A stretch of DNA of 63,250 bases, filler included, from Choristocarpus tenellus KU-1152 (GCA_964200185.2; 11 parts of 11 records of this genome joined end to end with filler, not necessarily neighbours in it), one strand, 5' to 3'. Numbered from the whole stretch's first letter, positions 14,294 to 28,789 are shown. A program made the numbers and translations. The notes: generated from the letters alone by a model not told the origin.

Positions 14294-14587
14294 AGGGCAG
14301 CTCCAAAGGCCTTGAACTGTGAATGATCGAGTGCCACTGCTATTTCCAAGGAGATGCATACCTGCGAGGTTATCAGACAATTGTTATGATGATGAGCAGA
14401 ACATCACGAAACAAAGATAATTTTGTTAGACTATGTACAAGGGCAGCTCCAAAGACCTGGAATTGTGAATAATCGAGTACCACTGCTATTTCCAAGGAGA
14501 TGCATACCTGCGAGATTATCAGACAATTGTCGCAATGCTGAGCAGATCATCACAAAAGAAAGATTAACTTTGTTGGACTATGTATAC
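14294..14587. repeat. Tandem duplication of ~146 bp spanning a 3' splice site
   Basis: AGGGCAGCTCCAAAG...GACTATGTA occurs twice in tandem (14294 and 14440). Confidence 0.85.
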
Positions 14588-14595
14588 TTGTTGAT

Positions 14596-14684
14596 GACCC
14601 AAAGTATCTAGGGGGGGGGAGGTATACACCAGGGTGTGCATTTGGGCCAAAATCAGGAAAAGTGTAGCGTCAAAGTATCTGGGG
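14596..14684. mobile_element. MITE family 2 left part with a second TIR nested at ~14667, cut by contig end
   Basis: GACCCAAAGTATCTAGGGGG and GCGTCAAAGTATCTGGGG. Confidence 0.8.
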
Positions 14685-14784
14685 NNNNNNNNNNNNNNNN
14701 NNNNNNNNNNNNNNNNNNNNNNNNNNNNTTAATTAATTAANNNNNNNNNNNNNNNNNNNNNNNNNNNNNNNNNNNNNNNNNNNN

Positions 14785-14834
14785 AAGCGCCAAAAACGGA
14801 TCCCGCCCCCCCCCCCCCCCAGATACTTTGACCC
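14785..14834. mobile_element. MITE family 2 right end at contig start
   Basis: polyC-AGATACTTTGACCC. Confidence 0.75.
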
Positions 14835-14924
14835 TACTCAACATATAGAAGGCTTGCCTTCATCAAAGAGCATAATGTGTCCTGATCGTTATCCTCTCTT
14901 CCTCCCCTCCTTGGTATTCTCCAG

Positions 14925-17900
14925 CTTGGCGGCCATATCCAAAGTTTAATGTTCGCAACCTGGTGTCCCCCGTCTGAGAGAGTAAATGTGGGTCGCCTTG
15001 TCAGTCGAGAGGATAAAGTTTCCTCTTCCTATGATGGTGGTTGCTTCCGACTGGACTGGTAGGTCAGGGTTAGGGCTAGAAGAGATATCTTGTTTTGAGG
15101 AAAAGGGTGAGGGATTCGACTCAGTTTACATACCAAGGACAGACTCCTGTTACTTCATTGCATAGGTGCATTGCTCTGATGCCCAGGCAGGCAGGGTAAG
15201 TCCCCCAGTCAATCATAGCCTCCTTACTCCTACACTATATTTTTTTCTCATCATATTATTTGTTACATTTTTCTTCAGGTTCAAAGGTTTAGAGTTCAGT
15301 ACATACGTATATTTTGGCATAAATTCTTTCATGTTTATGAATACATGTGTTTTGGGGAATATTGGAAGCTGTTCTAAGTTTGCTCCAGTTGCCATGACCC
15401 CTCCAACTTTTTTTTTTTCATTTTTGTTGCCGTTTGTTTTGTATGTCTAATAGGTGGGAACCATCAGATGTACAGTTACCACCCAATGCCCCTGTCATAC
15501 TGGTCCTCCCTGGGGTGGTTGGCAAGAGCACCAACGTGAGCAAATAAACGCCCTCACCCTTCCCATGTCTTGTGGAGCTTGACATGATGCGATTGGTCAA
15601 TTGAAATCTGCTACTTTTGCTAGTTTGCACGCACATTCACTGAAACCTTGCATGTAATGGCTATCATGATGTTCATGAATTGTGAGAGGATTTTTTGTTG
15701 CCTTATCTTTGAACCAAAGTCACGTGCTTGGACTGAAACGGTGTCTGCAACCCCTTTGCTTTTTGAGGTTAGGGTTAAGGCTTTAGCATGACCAGCATAT
15801 CTCTTCTTCACTATTCCTACATACATCCAACACTGCCATACTGTCATTCGAAGATACATATTTTTTACACCTTTCAAAATTCACCTGTGCATTGATTGTT
15901 GAAGAATGTGTCCCTTTAGTTTTTTTTTATTAGATTTTGCTTCACAATGTGTTGCTTCAACTCTGTGCAATTATGCTGTTTTTTGATATTATGTGGAGGG
16001 AGAATCTGGATAAGTTTCTGTTTTATTCATTTACCCAAGGCTATTTAAGGAATGCTGGCGGCAATATTATTGTATCTGTGCATCATATTTTGGTGTAAAT
16101 CTAATGAATTGTTGATACTCTCCATACTTCCCTAGAGCCCTCTTTTGTACAGAGCACTGTAGACCATGCCAAAGGCCTGTGTTCTTGCCAACCACTTGCC
16201 ACAGAAAAGACCACATATTATTATTTTTTTGCTTGTCCAGGTCTACATCAGGCACTTGGCTTCACACTTTGCCAGAAGTTGGGGATGGCGGGTAGTAGCA
16301 AAGTGCTGGAGGGGCATTGGGGCACCCCTCACCACACGCAGGTGAAACATCAATCAACAATGTTGAAGAATTGTCGCATCCTGTTGCTTTTATCTGTTTC
16401 CAGCTGGCTGAAATGTGACTTGTCCACCCCAACCCTAACACTAACACTATCACTAACCCTAACCCTGTTGCAACTAGTTTGAAGTATACGTACCTTTTCA
16501 CCGGAAGTAGTGATAAGAACTTCATTCCTTGAAAGTGGTACAGATACTACAGTTGCCTTGTAAGTTATTTCACATATTTGCCTAATTGTAAGTGTTTGGA
16601 GTGAGCAACCTCCAAACAGCTAACCCTTGTCCTAGTACTATCTCAACCCACCTCAGTGTGTCATTGTAATACTAATACTAGAGGACTGTCTTGCCCCTTA
16701 CCCCCTTGTGTTGCACCTTCATATCCCTAACTCTAATTCTGATAATGTATGCAACCGACACAAACCAAATTCCATCTCCAACAGCTTTCGCATATTCTCC
16801 CAAAACCCATGCAAGAGTCCGTATTCTTGACAGTGGTCTTCAGTGCTTGTATAGCCGTCCTAACTGTAACCCCAACCTCAACCCTTTCCTAACCTGGGAA
16901 TTGCAACTCTGTAGTACAGTACCTTCAATTTGATACTTCTCTTCAGAAATATAGGGGTGATTTGTAGTTTTTGCATCGCTTTTGGTCGGACTGCACCACG
17001 GACCAGCCCATGGCCCCTTCAAGACATTTAATAGAGTCGGCCGTATTATTGGTTGGTTGTAGAATATGATTACAAGGGTGTGTGCACCTGGAGGGGTTTA
17101 AGAAAACTTCATTCCCACGTATATTTGGGACATTCTTGGGGCTGGCCCGACATATTTGAACTGGACCAGGCCACAGGCTGGCCCCCGTGATGTATATTGT
17201 ATTAGCTGGACTGGGTCAGAGGCCAACCCGGTTAATTGCCAGGCTAGTGAAAAGCCCTGGCTTTTGGCTCTACAGTAGGTCGGTAAAATGAAAAGCAAAA
17301 CTTCAGATAGGTTCAGCAATCCCCCAGATCAATTAATTTGAGGTCGACATAGAATGTGGACAGCAGCAGAAACACTGCACAGCAAAGTCGAGCTATGCAG
17401 TGTGTTTCATGAATGAGATATCTCTGCACAACTCTCATAGGTCCTCCAGGTTGATGCCCTTGTGGCCAGAGTTTCCTTTCCTCGTCAAGTCCACTTCTGA
17501 ATCTATGGCATACATATGATACCCTTCGGAGTCAGAGAGTTATCTTTCAAACAAAGCCTTCCAATTATTATCAAACATATCATCAAATTGGATTGCAAGA
17601 AATTTTTTTTTGCTGTGTTGAAGGGACTTGGTGATGACAGCCTGCCTCTCCATGGTTTTCATATTAATCTCTTCAGTGTCTTGGGAATGAGTCCCTTATT
17701 GGTCATGGTCTCTAAAGTGAAGGGATGGCCTCTTGTCTATACTGTTATTTTTCAAAGATATTCGAACCATATATAAATACTGCCTGATAAGCATGGCTAA
17801 AATCAAGAGATCAGTACAACAATCTGATCTAAAATGAAGTTTTTTGCATCAAGTTTTTCCACTTTGTGCTTTGATTGTCCCCATTATTTTATTGTTCCAC

Positions 17901-18705
17901 AAGTCAAAATTTGTTATTTTCATCCCTTGGTCAGACTGTAGATCAGAGATAGGGTTCAATTGGAAGAAACGTGCAATGATAAATATTCTCGAACAGAGGT
18001 AGTGCTGATACAGTCATAACCCTGTGCCATGAGTGTATGTGCTGTGTTGCTCCTGTACTGATCTTTATATCCAAGAAAGGGTACAACCCTGACCTTTGAC
18101 CAGGAGTATGACTGAGGTCTAACACTAAGTTGAATGGTGGTACAGTATGTATATTCCCAACTCTTGACCTAACACTTATACACGATTTTCAGTTCCATAA
18201 CCCTGACCTTTAGGAATGATAATTCGAGTTAACACCATACTACCCTACTACTACGAATACCTATAATCTTTCAAGCCCTGCCAAAGATCCACGACTCTTC
18301 CTCTAGTGAAGGTACACTATTATATATTAGTCACCTTAACCCTAAAGCCTTCGAAATATAGCATTAGAAACAGTACAAGAGCTCTTACACTATTTGTATT
18401 CCTTGTATCCCAACCACCATGATATTGTCCTCTGGCCTTATCTAATACTAGTAACAGCGACCATGGTTACCCTGCTGTAGCTGACTTATTCTGTCTTCTC
18501 ATGTGTACTCTAATGTAATGGAAATTCAAGGCCGGAGACGTGGGACAAGACTGCCCTTTCCGATACCCTGGATGCCATCCGGCACGTGCGCAAGTCTTTA
18601 CCAGATGGCGTGCCTATGATGGGTGCTGGGTTTAGCTATGGAGGTTTTCTGCTGTCTACGCTAGTGGGGTCTGTCCCATTTGAGGAGCATGGACTTCGTG
18701 CTGTG
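14925..18705 (+). CDS. Alpha/beta hydrolase, ABHD1/2/3-YheT type (4 internal exons)
   Basis: Exons 14925-15058, 15454-15535, 16241-16341 and 18531-18705 splice in frame to LGGHIQS...DGGCFRLDW...PVILVLPGVVGKS..Y...GWRVVAKCWRG...DTLDAIRHVR...GAGFSYGG (GxSxG nucleophile elbow). Missed by the ORF track; 5' and 3' exons not located. Confidence 0.9.
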
Positions 18706-19286
18706 GTGAGGCTCTGGGCTGACTCTGGGCTGACTGAGGGTTAGGGTCAATATGAGTTTTTGTTTGCCTTGTGATAATGATTATTGTTGCAATAGAATGA
18801 GCTTCTGGGAAGAATTTTGATCATAAAAAGACTTTTTGGCTAGATTATTTTTGCATGTTGCATCACGAAGCACTTATTCAACTTCTTTTGGAACTGAAAG
18901 GGAATACTCCTTGTGTGTTCCCAGCCTCCATTTTAGGCTGGGTTGTGATACTATATTGCAAGACGCACGTAAGACTGATAAGCAAATAACTGCATGTAAT
19001 ATCATAGTCTATGTGTTCTCCATCTCGTCCTTTCCACCTCTAGAACCTGGACATACATACACATGTACGCATGCTTTTTTTTTTGTATTGTGTGTAGCTG
19101 GTAGTTGGTGATACCTTACTATTTTTTGGTGTGTGTGTTTTGCATGCTGTATCAATAACGTATGTCCCTTGACTGTTCCTTTGGTGTGTGAAGGTGAGTA
19201 TGTCGGGTCTCTTCCAAATGTCAGCAATGATGAGGCACATTGCAGAGCAGTGCAAAAGTACCTACAGCCTGGCCAACACCAAGGTA

Positions 19287-19329
<43 letters not shown>
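19287..19329. repeat. (AC)n microsatellite
   Basis: About 20 AC units. Confidence 0.95.
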
Positions 19330-19335
<6 letters not shown>

Positions 19336-22300
19336 CTCCATACAAATAAATTTCATGAACTTATTGAAAGTGATGAAATAGACACAAGTACTATTGAAAA
19401 AATAGTTGAAAAATTATATTCTGACATAAATATTGAAGGTGCGAAAATAAAATCGACAAATGTTAAAAGAAATTTCTGAACTAGAAAAAGAATATGAAAT
19501 ACAAGAAGTAATGAAAAAGCGGAGTATATATAAAACAAAAAACATGTGCATGTACAAGTTGCGTGATTCAAAGCACAAAGTAGGAGTCGTACATTGAAAT
19601 AAACTTCTGTGCCTTTTCCCATATGCAATAAAAGGGATGATAAGATGTTCTTGAGGATGGAGAAATAATTATTGATTCTGTCTGTGAAAGAGCGGATCGA
19701 CAACCTTTTGTCTACCCTCAAGAACACCTATTAATATGTATATTTGCATATTGCATGGAACATAATTGTGAAGTCTTTTAGTGAGTAGTAGTAGTAGTTG
19801 TTGTAGTAGTAGTAGTAGTACTCTGGAGTAGGAATCTCGCACCATCCCCCAATGGACTCATAGGACAATTGGCATGTACAATGTCGGCCCTAGCACTTCT
19901 GTAAAGACAGTTGAAATGGTGCCCTTTCATTTGTTTCGGTTACTGGCAGGGGGGGGGGGTAAAGCAGCGAGGTAAACATAAATATAAATACATTATCAAT
20001 AGTAGTCAAGGCATCTAATATTTCATTTACCTTTTTCGTTTGATTACGAGTATGACGGAAGGAAGGTAAGGGTCTTTTTGTGTATTTTAATGTTTTATGA
20101 AGAGTGTATTGTGGGAGACCATCTCTTCATCTTTGTCGTTGCATTTGACTTTCGAAACTGACAAGTTGTTGGTACTTGTCGGATACTGGCAGTTACAGAT
20201 ATACCAGTGTATAGACAATGTAGGGTTATGGTTGCGGTTATGGTTTAAGGTCTTGAGATTGTTCTGGTCAAGATTACGGTCAGGATTGTAGTGTAGATCG
20301 GAGGTTTTCAGAAATTGAGATGACCTTGTAGTGTTAGTGTGGGTTGGCAAGCATTGAAGGGAGATGGGGATGAGTGCAGTTACCAGGTTATGGGTTTAAG
20401 GATATGTACACAGGTATGAGTTTAACTCAACTGACAGGTGGGTACTATGCCATATTTAGAGGTTTATTGATCCATACATCAATCAGAGCGTTGAGTGGAC
20501 AAGGATATATTTTTTTATTTGGGTGATAGGTCACTGTCGCTTTTTGATCGCTGTAGTTGTATAGTACTGCTTGGAAACATATGAATAGATACGTGTCATT
20601 TTTTTGTGGCATTGTGTGTTTCTTGTGAGAAACCTGTAAGGAACTTCTGATGGAGGCATGTTTGTGCTTTAGTGACAAGCAACTTCACCTATAGTGCCCA
20701 ACGATAACCTTTAATTGCATTACGTCGTGTTAAATGCCAAAATGGGTTGGATTCGAGAGCAAATTTTCCCCCAAAAAATATGTTCAAAATGTCCCTGTGA
20801 GAAGAGCAACTAATGCAAGAAACGCAAAAGACCCAGCAATGTATTGGCTACGCTTGGTGTTACACCCACAAGATGTATTAGGGCAGGGTGGTTACAAGAA
20901 GTTGTGTTGTTCTGATCAAGAGGTATCAACTGTTTTGATTTTCAGTTACCAGGGATGTGGCAGAAGCTGATGTAGATGTGCAGTACCCCCACTCCTCTAT
21001 GTTTATTTCCCCGCCAAAGAATAACCTCTCACCTGCACTGTATTTCTGAAGTGCTACCATGTGAGCAGAGTTTATCAATTCTTCTTCATAGGTCAGAGCC
21101 TAGTTGTTTCAGAAGGTGTACTGTCTCCTGCACAATGGTAAATCCTTTTGTGTTGATTGTGTAACTGTGGCAAAGGCTATGTGGTGGCTATGGAAAACAG
21201 GTCTTTGTATTGTACTGCTATAAGGTGTTGAATAGGTGATATGTGAAAAAAAAAAAAGGGAGTTAAAGGTGATCTACAATATTATGTAGGGCTGTGTTAC
21301 TGCGAGTATATGTTGATTGAATTTCAGATCAAAATATTCCCACAATTGTATAACTTCGAAGTAGAATACTACTTAAGATTGTGGATGATCCGGATTTGAC
21401 TTTGTGAATATCACAATAAGTCAAGACATCAGAGAGCAAATGGAACTAGAAATAGCTCTGATCTTGAAAGGTTCAGAGGTAGAGAGGTGAAGCAATGGCT
21501 TCAGTGAAAGGAGTAGAGGGTCGTGGGATTCATCACATGGTGTGTGTGAAGGTATGGTAGAAGGGTACTAGCATATGCTGGGTCCGTCAGAAGCAGTTAG
21601 GCACCTAGAACTAAAATGGAAACTAGTGATATTGAGACTGACACTAAGAAATGAACATGCCTAGGGTATCAGAACAATCAAGTCAATATATCATATATGT
21701 GTGTGTATTGGTCCTATAATTCACCAAGTAAATGCAGATTGTTCAATGAATTGATTAATTACACAGCACAGGCAATGTTGTTACTCCTTGTCCAGGGTGT
21801 TACGTCTCCCCAATGGCGGTGCTGGTGTAATTGGATGAGTTTACAAGAGACACACTAGAAAGGAATCCAAACAGAGGCTTTCATAGTCGTTGACTCTTTG
21901 TCATACGTTAGGACCATTGCACTACCCCATCAATTCGAAACATCAGTTATGCAGCTCCTCTGATAGTGCAGCATTGCTGAGGCCCATCCCGTGGCCTTGA
22001 TCTGAACATGGTTGAATCACCGATGTCTTGAGTTGGGGGGTGACGCAACATGATCCCTCCATATGACATGGTGTCATTAGTTAGATTCTTGTCTGGTGTG
22101 TCTCTTATAGGCTCCTCCAACCACACCACCACCTTGATCAGGCAGGCATGACACCCTGGACATGGAGCAAGATTTCTTCTTGAGCTATATCATATTTTGA
22201 TCAATTTACATTTACTGGTGTTGAGTCCACCCCTGGGCATGAGACCAATCCGTACATGTGATAAATTCTCTTGATAGGTTTGATGCTCATTGGTGTTTTA

Positions 22301-22609
22301 ATTTTTGCATTGCCAGTCTCAGTACGACCTGCAAGTAATCTACCTCAGCATAGGTGCACCTTACCATTCCTGTACATCCTCTCAGCTTGCCTTGCCACCC
22401 TAACCCTTGTTCTTTTGTCCCATTACTAGGGGAGCTTTCAATGGCGTTGGCTGTTAACTACAATGACAAAATGTAGATGGCATGCTCAACCACAGACTTA
22501 ACTGTTGTTCTGAAACTCTTAAGTATATTCCTGATTGGGTGGGAACGTATCCAATACAATATACAGCATTAATGGTACCGTGTTTCTGTTTTTCTGAAAG
22601 AAATAGAGT

Positions 22610-22633
22610 TTTAGGGTTAGGGTTAGGGTTTAG
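22610..22633 (+). repeat. Short interstitial telomere-like (TTAGGG)n tract
   Basis: TTAGGGTTAGGGTTAGGG; degenerate CCCTAA tracts also at ~16428-16466 and 42531-42546. Confidence 0.6.
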
Positions 22634-25259
22634 TTGGTGGTACGGTATGAATAGGATTTTTTTAGTGGTATATGTGGTATTTCTTGTACCATTTCATGTG
22701 AATGCTTGATAAGGTCATACCACTCGCTCTGTTGACTGCTGATCTCCAAGAGAGTAGAAAGCGGGAAATATCAGGATAAGTCGAGAGCCTGCCCATGAAA
22801 GTGTTTCAACTTGTTGCACTGGAATAAGCCTTTGTTCGAATTGATTCCTTAATACTGGAGCATCATAAAACCTTGAGGGAATTGTGTCTATCCGTTAATG
22901 TTGCAGCTGTGGAATACCCTGCCTGAGTCTTGGCCTGTGTCAAGATTTTATACTATCAAGTATAAATCAATCATGAATCGATTGTTTCAGGTTACTCTTC
23001 ATAACTACCGAAAGTTTAAAGTGGTGGACACCCTCTCCTGCACTGCTGCTGACAACATTTGCTCAGGGGCTCGTGTCGGGGCGGCCTGTGCAACATCTGG
23101 AAGAGACAATGGGTGAGATGTGGTTGGATAGTGTGACCATGCCAGGTAGATTATACTCTTTTCTTTTTAGGGCTGGAGGTCATCGCTAGCTTGATGTTAT
23201 TTTATTGTATTTTTGTCCTCTTGACCTTCTGTTTTTCTTACTACCACACTGCTGTTTATTTGTTTATTGTTTCCCTACAGCACTGTAGCTTTTAAAAATA
23301 GCTTGAAAAAAATCACTGTTCCAGTTTCATGTTTTGCTTCATTTTGTTGATCTGTGTTCGTTTCTGTGGATGCGTTATGCAGTAGGCTGTTTTTTTTTTA
23401 GTCTCATTGTCCAATGATGTAAACTTTTTGTCATGAGAAATTGTACATTTTTTGAACCCCATGCGTAACACGCTTTTTGTCTTTTGGGCTGCACCATCTC
23501 ATCCCTTCCGTGTCATCTATATTTGAGAGGAGCAGTCAAAATCAAGTAATTTTATCAAGTTGACTTTTGATTAAGTTAACCAGCAACCCTGTCATTGCAA
23601 ATTCAGTTGCATTGTTATCAACCCTGTCAAGAACGCCATCATCTCAATAAAAAATGGCATTTCAATATTCCTGCATTAGGTCGTGTATACATGTTATATA
23701 ATGCGACTGGCAGTCCTTCGCTTTGCAGGGAACAGGCATGTCAGAAATAATCATAACACGGATGAGGGTCATTTTGCAGAATAATAATTAAGAAAATGGA
23801 ACCAAAATGTTGTTCTGGACAGCAGGCAATAACGAACAAGGAGGGCCTAACGTTACTCTGACAACAAGCAATATGCACAATCCTTGTGCTAGACAACATA
23901 GTAGAGCAAGTAAATTAAGTCGTTATATGGATAATGGTGGATGATATAGAGAAAAACGGCCCTATCATTGTACTAAATGCCATTCATAAAAGGTCAAATA
24001 TGGATGAAAAGTACAGGTTAGGGCTAGAGTTAAGTACTGTATTGTCCGAGGTTTGGGAAAATTTGAAGGTAGACTAATGAAAAGAGCTGCTCTGATCAAA
24101 GCCTTTGTTTGAAATGCAATTTTGGTGAATATTTTGAGTATGTGGTGATATCTTGAAGGTTTGGGGTAGGATTACAATAATGGAGTATGTCACTTGGGTC
24201 ATTTTCTGAGTTGTTGACCCATGGCACCATTGGTTACTTTCAAGGGTTTAGGACCATAATAATACACCACTTTGGTGATACATTGCTCTTATTGGTGGAA
24301 TGTTTAGTTTATCTGTGAAGCGTGATCCTTTTAATGAAAATGCATTTCGAATTGTGTGTGTTCTGGTGTAGCCAATGTACTGCTGATGTATATTTGCACC
24401 CCAGTTCCTCTTTCTCATTAGAATCTGGCTTCATGATTGTATTATTTGTAAGGTGGTAATTATTGCTGTGATGCTCTCCTATCACCATTAAAATGTGTGA
24501 AAATCTTACCTGAACCCCTTGCTTGCTGCTCTCTCCAACAGCAAATCATAGTCAGAAGTTGAAGTTACATACTTTTAAGGAGTACATAATTGTCTGAAAT
24601 GAAGCTAATATTAGTGACTGCTTACAAACAAGTTAAAACCAGTTTGGCATTTGAAAGCGGGAAGGGTGCCCTTAGAGTTAGATAGGGGAAACTAAGAATG
24701 ATATCTGAAGGTGTTTTGATTGAATGATTCGTTGGTTGTATAGAAAGATCGGTATTTTTCATGCAAGCACAATAGTGATCTTGTGTGGGCTATGGTTTAT
24801 TGCTTCAATATTTTTGAACCTTGCATCCATGTTCAACAAGTAATGAAAATCTTCAGGGGTGTGTGATACTGGAGTACTTATCGTCAGAGTGCCACATAGT
24901 GTCGGACGATTATTTTTGAACCCATTTTGGCAAACAAAAACATTTAACAAATGAAAACATTTTGTAGTACTTGTAGTACTAGGAGTACCAGTCACATTAG
25001 TCTGAGGGGTCACAGACCTGCGGTCAAAAAGTGACCAGAGGAGAAGTTGTAACACAAAAACTCCAAGAAATACATGATTGACTACACAGGAAAAAAAAAA
25101 AAAAAAACAGAAAAACTCCGCGTATTAAACTCAGGGTCATATCTGATCCATCCACCCAAACACTGCTCATCATGTTTCACCATAGATAAGGTGCAAAAAA
25201 GCATTGCAACCTACAAAAATCGACCAATGAGGAAAGCAACGTTTGTCAGCCAGTAGGAA

Positions 25260-26450
25260 CCTAGTGAGTGGGCACGCGTCTTTGTCTGCTTGAGCTGCCT
25301 TAGCTGCTGCTTCAGCATGGCAGACATGAGCTATTGCGGCCTCTTTGACGTGTCAGTTATTCTTGAAGTACCTGTTTCTGTTAGACACACATCCGTACTG
25401 CCTTCGTTCATTTGTTGACCTTGTATGCCACTCCTTAACCATGATTCCATATTCCTCAAGGTCGCCTTGTTGACATATCCACCGGTATTTCTCCTGTGCA
25501 CCTTGCTTCAGTGTTCTATCTGCTAGCTCTCCAAACATCATCTTGGGTAGTGACGCAAGCTCCATGGATGCAATTGATTATTCAAACAAGAGCCTCTATT
25601 TTTGCACAATTGCCTTGATGCTGTCAAACCCTGTCTTTGACGAGGGCATTGGTGTAGGACAGGATGTAATGGCTGTGTTCCTCTTTGCAATATCCAATGC
25701 GACATAGGGGGGACTTGTTGTGGTGAGCATGAAGCTTGACAGAGTGTACCTGGTAGAGTGTCTACATTAGATATCCATATACAGGACCTAAAGTAGCTCA
25801 GCTTTGAGCATTCGGATTCTAACCTCAAGCAATACACCTATGGTTATGTCATAGAGCACTCGACTGTAATGGCAGAAGAAGCCCAAGCCTTTGTGGACCT
25901 GTCCAATTTATCAGCCTGGTAGTAGCTCTGATATCAGGACCAGATCTGTATTGTGTCTGCGGCCCTGTTGGAAAGTTGAAGGCACATAGTTTCTGTCTTT
26001 GACTCGGACATGGTCAGCTCAAATACCCTAACTACCTCCACAATCGCTGCTATCATTCTGGCCTGGCTTCCTTGAGTCTCAAGACACAATTCCCACATTG
26101 TCAGCGTATAGTGTAGCATACCCCACAGGTGCCGCAAAAGTGTTCCCTCACTCCCTGTGTCCTCTCCTCCTCTGAACCGAGTGTTTGTTTAGCTTTCTTG
26201 ATGGCAAGAAGGTACTTGAAGATGGCTGGATCAGTTTTTAAACACCTTGTCCGATATATGGTTTAACACTGCAGTGAAAAACTTGTTGAATAGGACGAGG
26301 GAAAGAACACAACCTTGGTGAAGGCATTGCCCCACCTCAACCTAGTCCATACTCTCTCCACCATCCATACGCACGCATACGCACATTTCAACATGGAACT
26401 GGAAAATGACTGAAACTATCTTCTCTGGCACTCCAAAATTCACAATAGAA
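25260..26450 (-). mobile_element. Degenerate non-LTR retrotransposon (RTE-like LINE), reverse transcriptase 3' part
   Basis: Fragments QGCVLSLVLFNKFFTAVL, LWGML.YADN (YADD motif) and IVEVVRVFELTMSESKTETMCL; many stops and frameshifts. Confidence 0.85.
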
Positions 26451-27999
26451 CCCATGACAGAATGTGTAACTGTTGGTGTGGCATTGCTGGTTTAGGTCCA
26501 TTAAGAACCCTTGGGTGAAAAAATATTTGCATTTTTTTAGAATCCAACCCAGGGTTAGGATTCAGTAATAGTACAATGAACTATTTAAAGTCCCCTTCTT
26601 ATTCTGTTGTTGCTTTCCTGGACACAGCAAGAGCAGTTGTTCAGAACAGAAGTTTATTGTGAAACAAAGCCATGCTTTCTTTAATATCTCAGATCAGAGT
26701 ACTGTTTGCTTATGTTGCACCTACTTGTGCTATCTCAACTCGTGCGTTTGTTGTGGTGCAGTGCCGTTACAAGCAAAAAAAAATGAATGTAGGAGAACTT
26801 TTTCAACATTTCCTGTAAAATTCCTAGAGGTTCAATCTCATTAGATCAACAGTTTTTCTTTATGTTCTGCAGCAGCTGTGGAGTTTGTTCTGTGAGTTTT
26901 GGAGTCATTTTCCAAGCACATACCCTCAGCCTGAATTTAGTTGCAGTGAGTGAGGTACTGAAGTGTGGAGTACCATGTGCAGCCAGAGGTAGCCTCAAAT
27001 GTGATTATCAGGAGGGTGGATGGATGTCAACTTTTTGCATTGACCTCATTATGCTGCACTAGATTTGATGCTGACGTTGTGTGTCCTGGACAGGTTGATA
27101 ATGGAAGTATGGACCCTGAGTTGTTGAAGTCATAACTTTTTTTAGTTTCGTTTTTTGTGAGGACTTCTAGAGTGACATAGTTGTTCCCATATGCAAGCAA
27201 GGCCATGGAGTAGCAGAATGTGACTGCTCACTGAGGCGACAAACACCCTTGTCGCAAGTGCTAGTAGCTGCCCAATGTATCAAGTGGGTGAAATGCACCA
27301 AATAATGCTACTGAAGAGTTTTTTTTCAAAAGTCTACACTTGGTTTGTGTGTAATTTTTGTTTGTAGAGACTCTGCTTTGAATCCAGAGCTCTTTCTTTC
27401 TTTGTGTTTTCTTTGACGGATGCTTCATAGAGTGTGGGGTAGATGGGAAAATTATCGTGTTTGACAATGTCAGTTCACTAACCTTGGATGTGTTTGATTT
27501 TTTTTATATAGCTGAGATTATCGAGGAAACAGACAGTTCACTTCATGCTGGGTTAAATTATCGAGGACTTATTCAGTCACGTATCAAGCTGCTTCATCAA
27601 TTTCACAATTGTTGGGATGGTCCTCTCGTTTTGGTCACTTACTGCTCCCCCTCCCACCCAAACCCCCCTAACATGCATTGGTTCTGGTGCCTGCTGGATC
27701 TCCCCTTGGTGGTGCAAACATACATCTGCTGCATGAACATGCCACATGTCAGCAAGGCATCTATTGCAGGTCAGTTTTTTGACAGGGACCAGATCTCCCG
27801 CAATAGTGCAGTGTTCCGGGGGGAGAGGGGTGGAGGTGGTGGGGCTGGGGGGGGGGGTATTTATGGCCTCGAAGTCAGAAATAGCCACAATGACAAAGGN
27901 NNNNNNNNNNNNNNNNNNNNNNNNNNNNNNNNNNNNNNNNNNNTTAATTAATTAANNNNNNNNNNNNNNNNNNNNNNNNNNNNNNNNNNNNNNNNNNNN

Positions 28000-28104
28000 C
28001 GATATATTTTCGATTAGGAAAGTATCATAAAAAAAGACCATGGGAAGTCAAGACCCAAACGGACAAACAGGGTAAGACTCGTACCCTCTAAGATACTTTC
28101 ACTC
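28000..28104. mobile_element. MITE family 1 right end at contig start
   Basis: CGTACCCTCTAAGATACTTTCACTC. Confidence 0.85.
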
Positions 28105-28317
28105 TTTGTCAAAGCTGTCTCATATTTTATCCAGTCTGGTCTGTGTCATGGACCAGCCCTGGTGAGACATGGTTTAATGGGGCTGGTCAGAGATATTGTA
28201 TCTGAACCAGTCCGTGGACTGGCCTGTGACCCCGGTCCTGTAAGGTGGTCTGGAAGTGTGATCACTCCACCTACTGTTGTGCTTCAAATGATCAAAATTG
28301 GATATTTGTCGTCCTCT

Positions 28318-28353
<36 letters not shown>

Positions 28354-28789
28354 CCAACAAAAGAAACAAACGTGGGATGTAGAGCAAGACAGAATCGCAA
28401 ATTTTGGTATTTTTTTTCTCTCCCTCCCCCCCCCCCCCCCCCCAAAGTACAAATAATAATAGAAGGGCGATTTTGTTGGACAAGCAACATGAATCTCTGA
28501 GAAAGCTGATTATATTTTACGGTATTCTCTGTACTGTCAGCAAGATGCCTTACGCTGCCATTTTCTAGAAGTCAGCAATCAGATACTTCTAATGTTCAGT
28601 CCACTACCCCCCTTTCCCCCAACTTCTCTTTTTTTGCTTACCTACTCCCCACCTTTCTATTTGATAAAACTCTGGGGGAATGCATGTTTCATGTACTAGC
28701 TTCTTGCAGTGTAGTTGAGAAAGAAATCAAGGTCTCTCTAAAATTCTCTACTTGTGATACTTGATTAAAAAAATTCTTTTTTCTTAGTC

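Larger units (their letters stand above)
9848..14361 (-). pseudogene. Multi-exon gene of unknown function, probably degenerate
   Basis: Exon-like segments 14361-14223, 12518-~12345, 12003-11761 and ~10322-9848 with AG/GT boundaries. 14223 joins 12518 in phase. The last exon is interrupted by a MITE. Confidence 0.5.

Noticed and set aside
28162-28500. Poly-Pro/poly-Gly ORFs and most other short ORFs in the track
   Set aside because: They derive from homopolymer runs, microsatellites or chance frames, with no domain or splice support.
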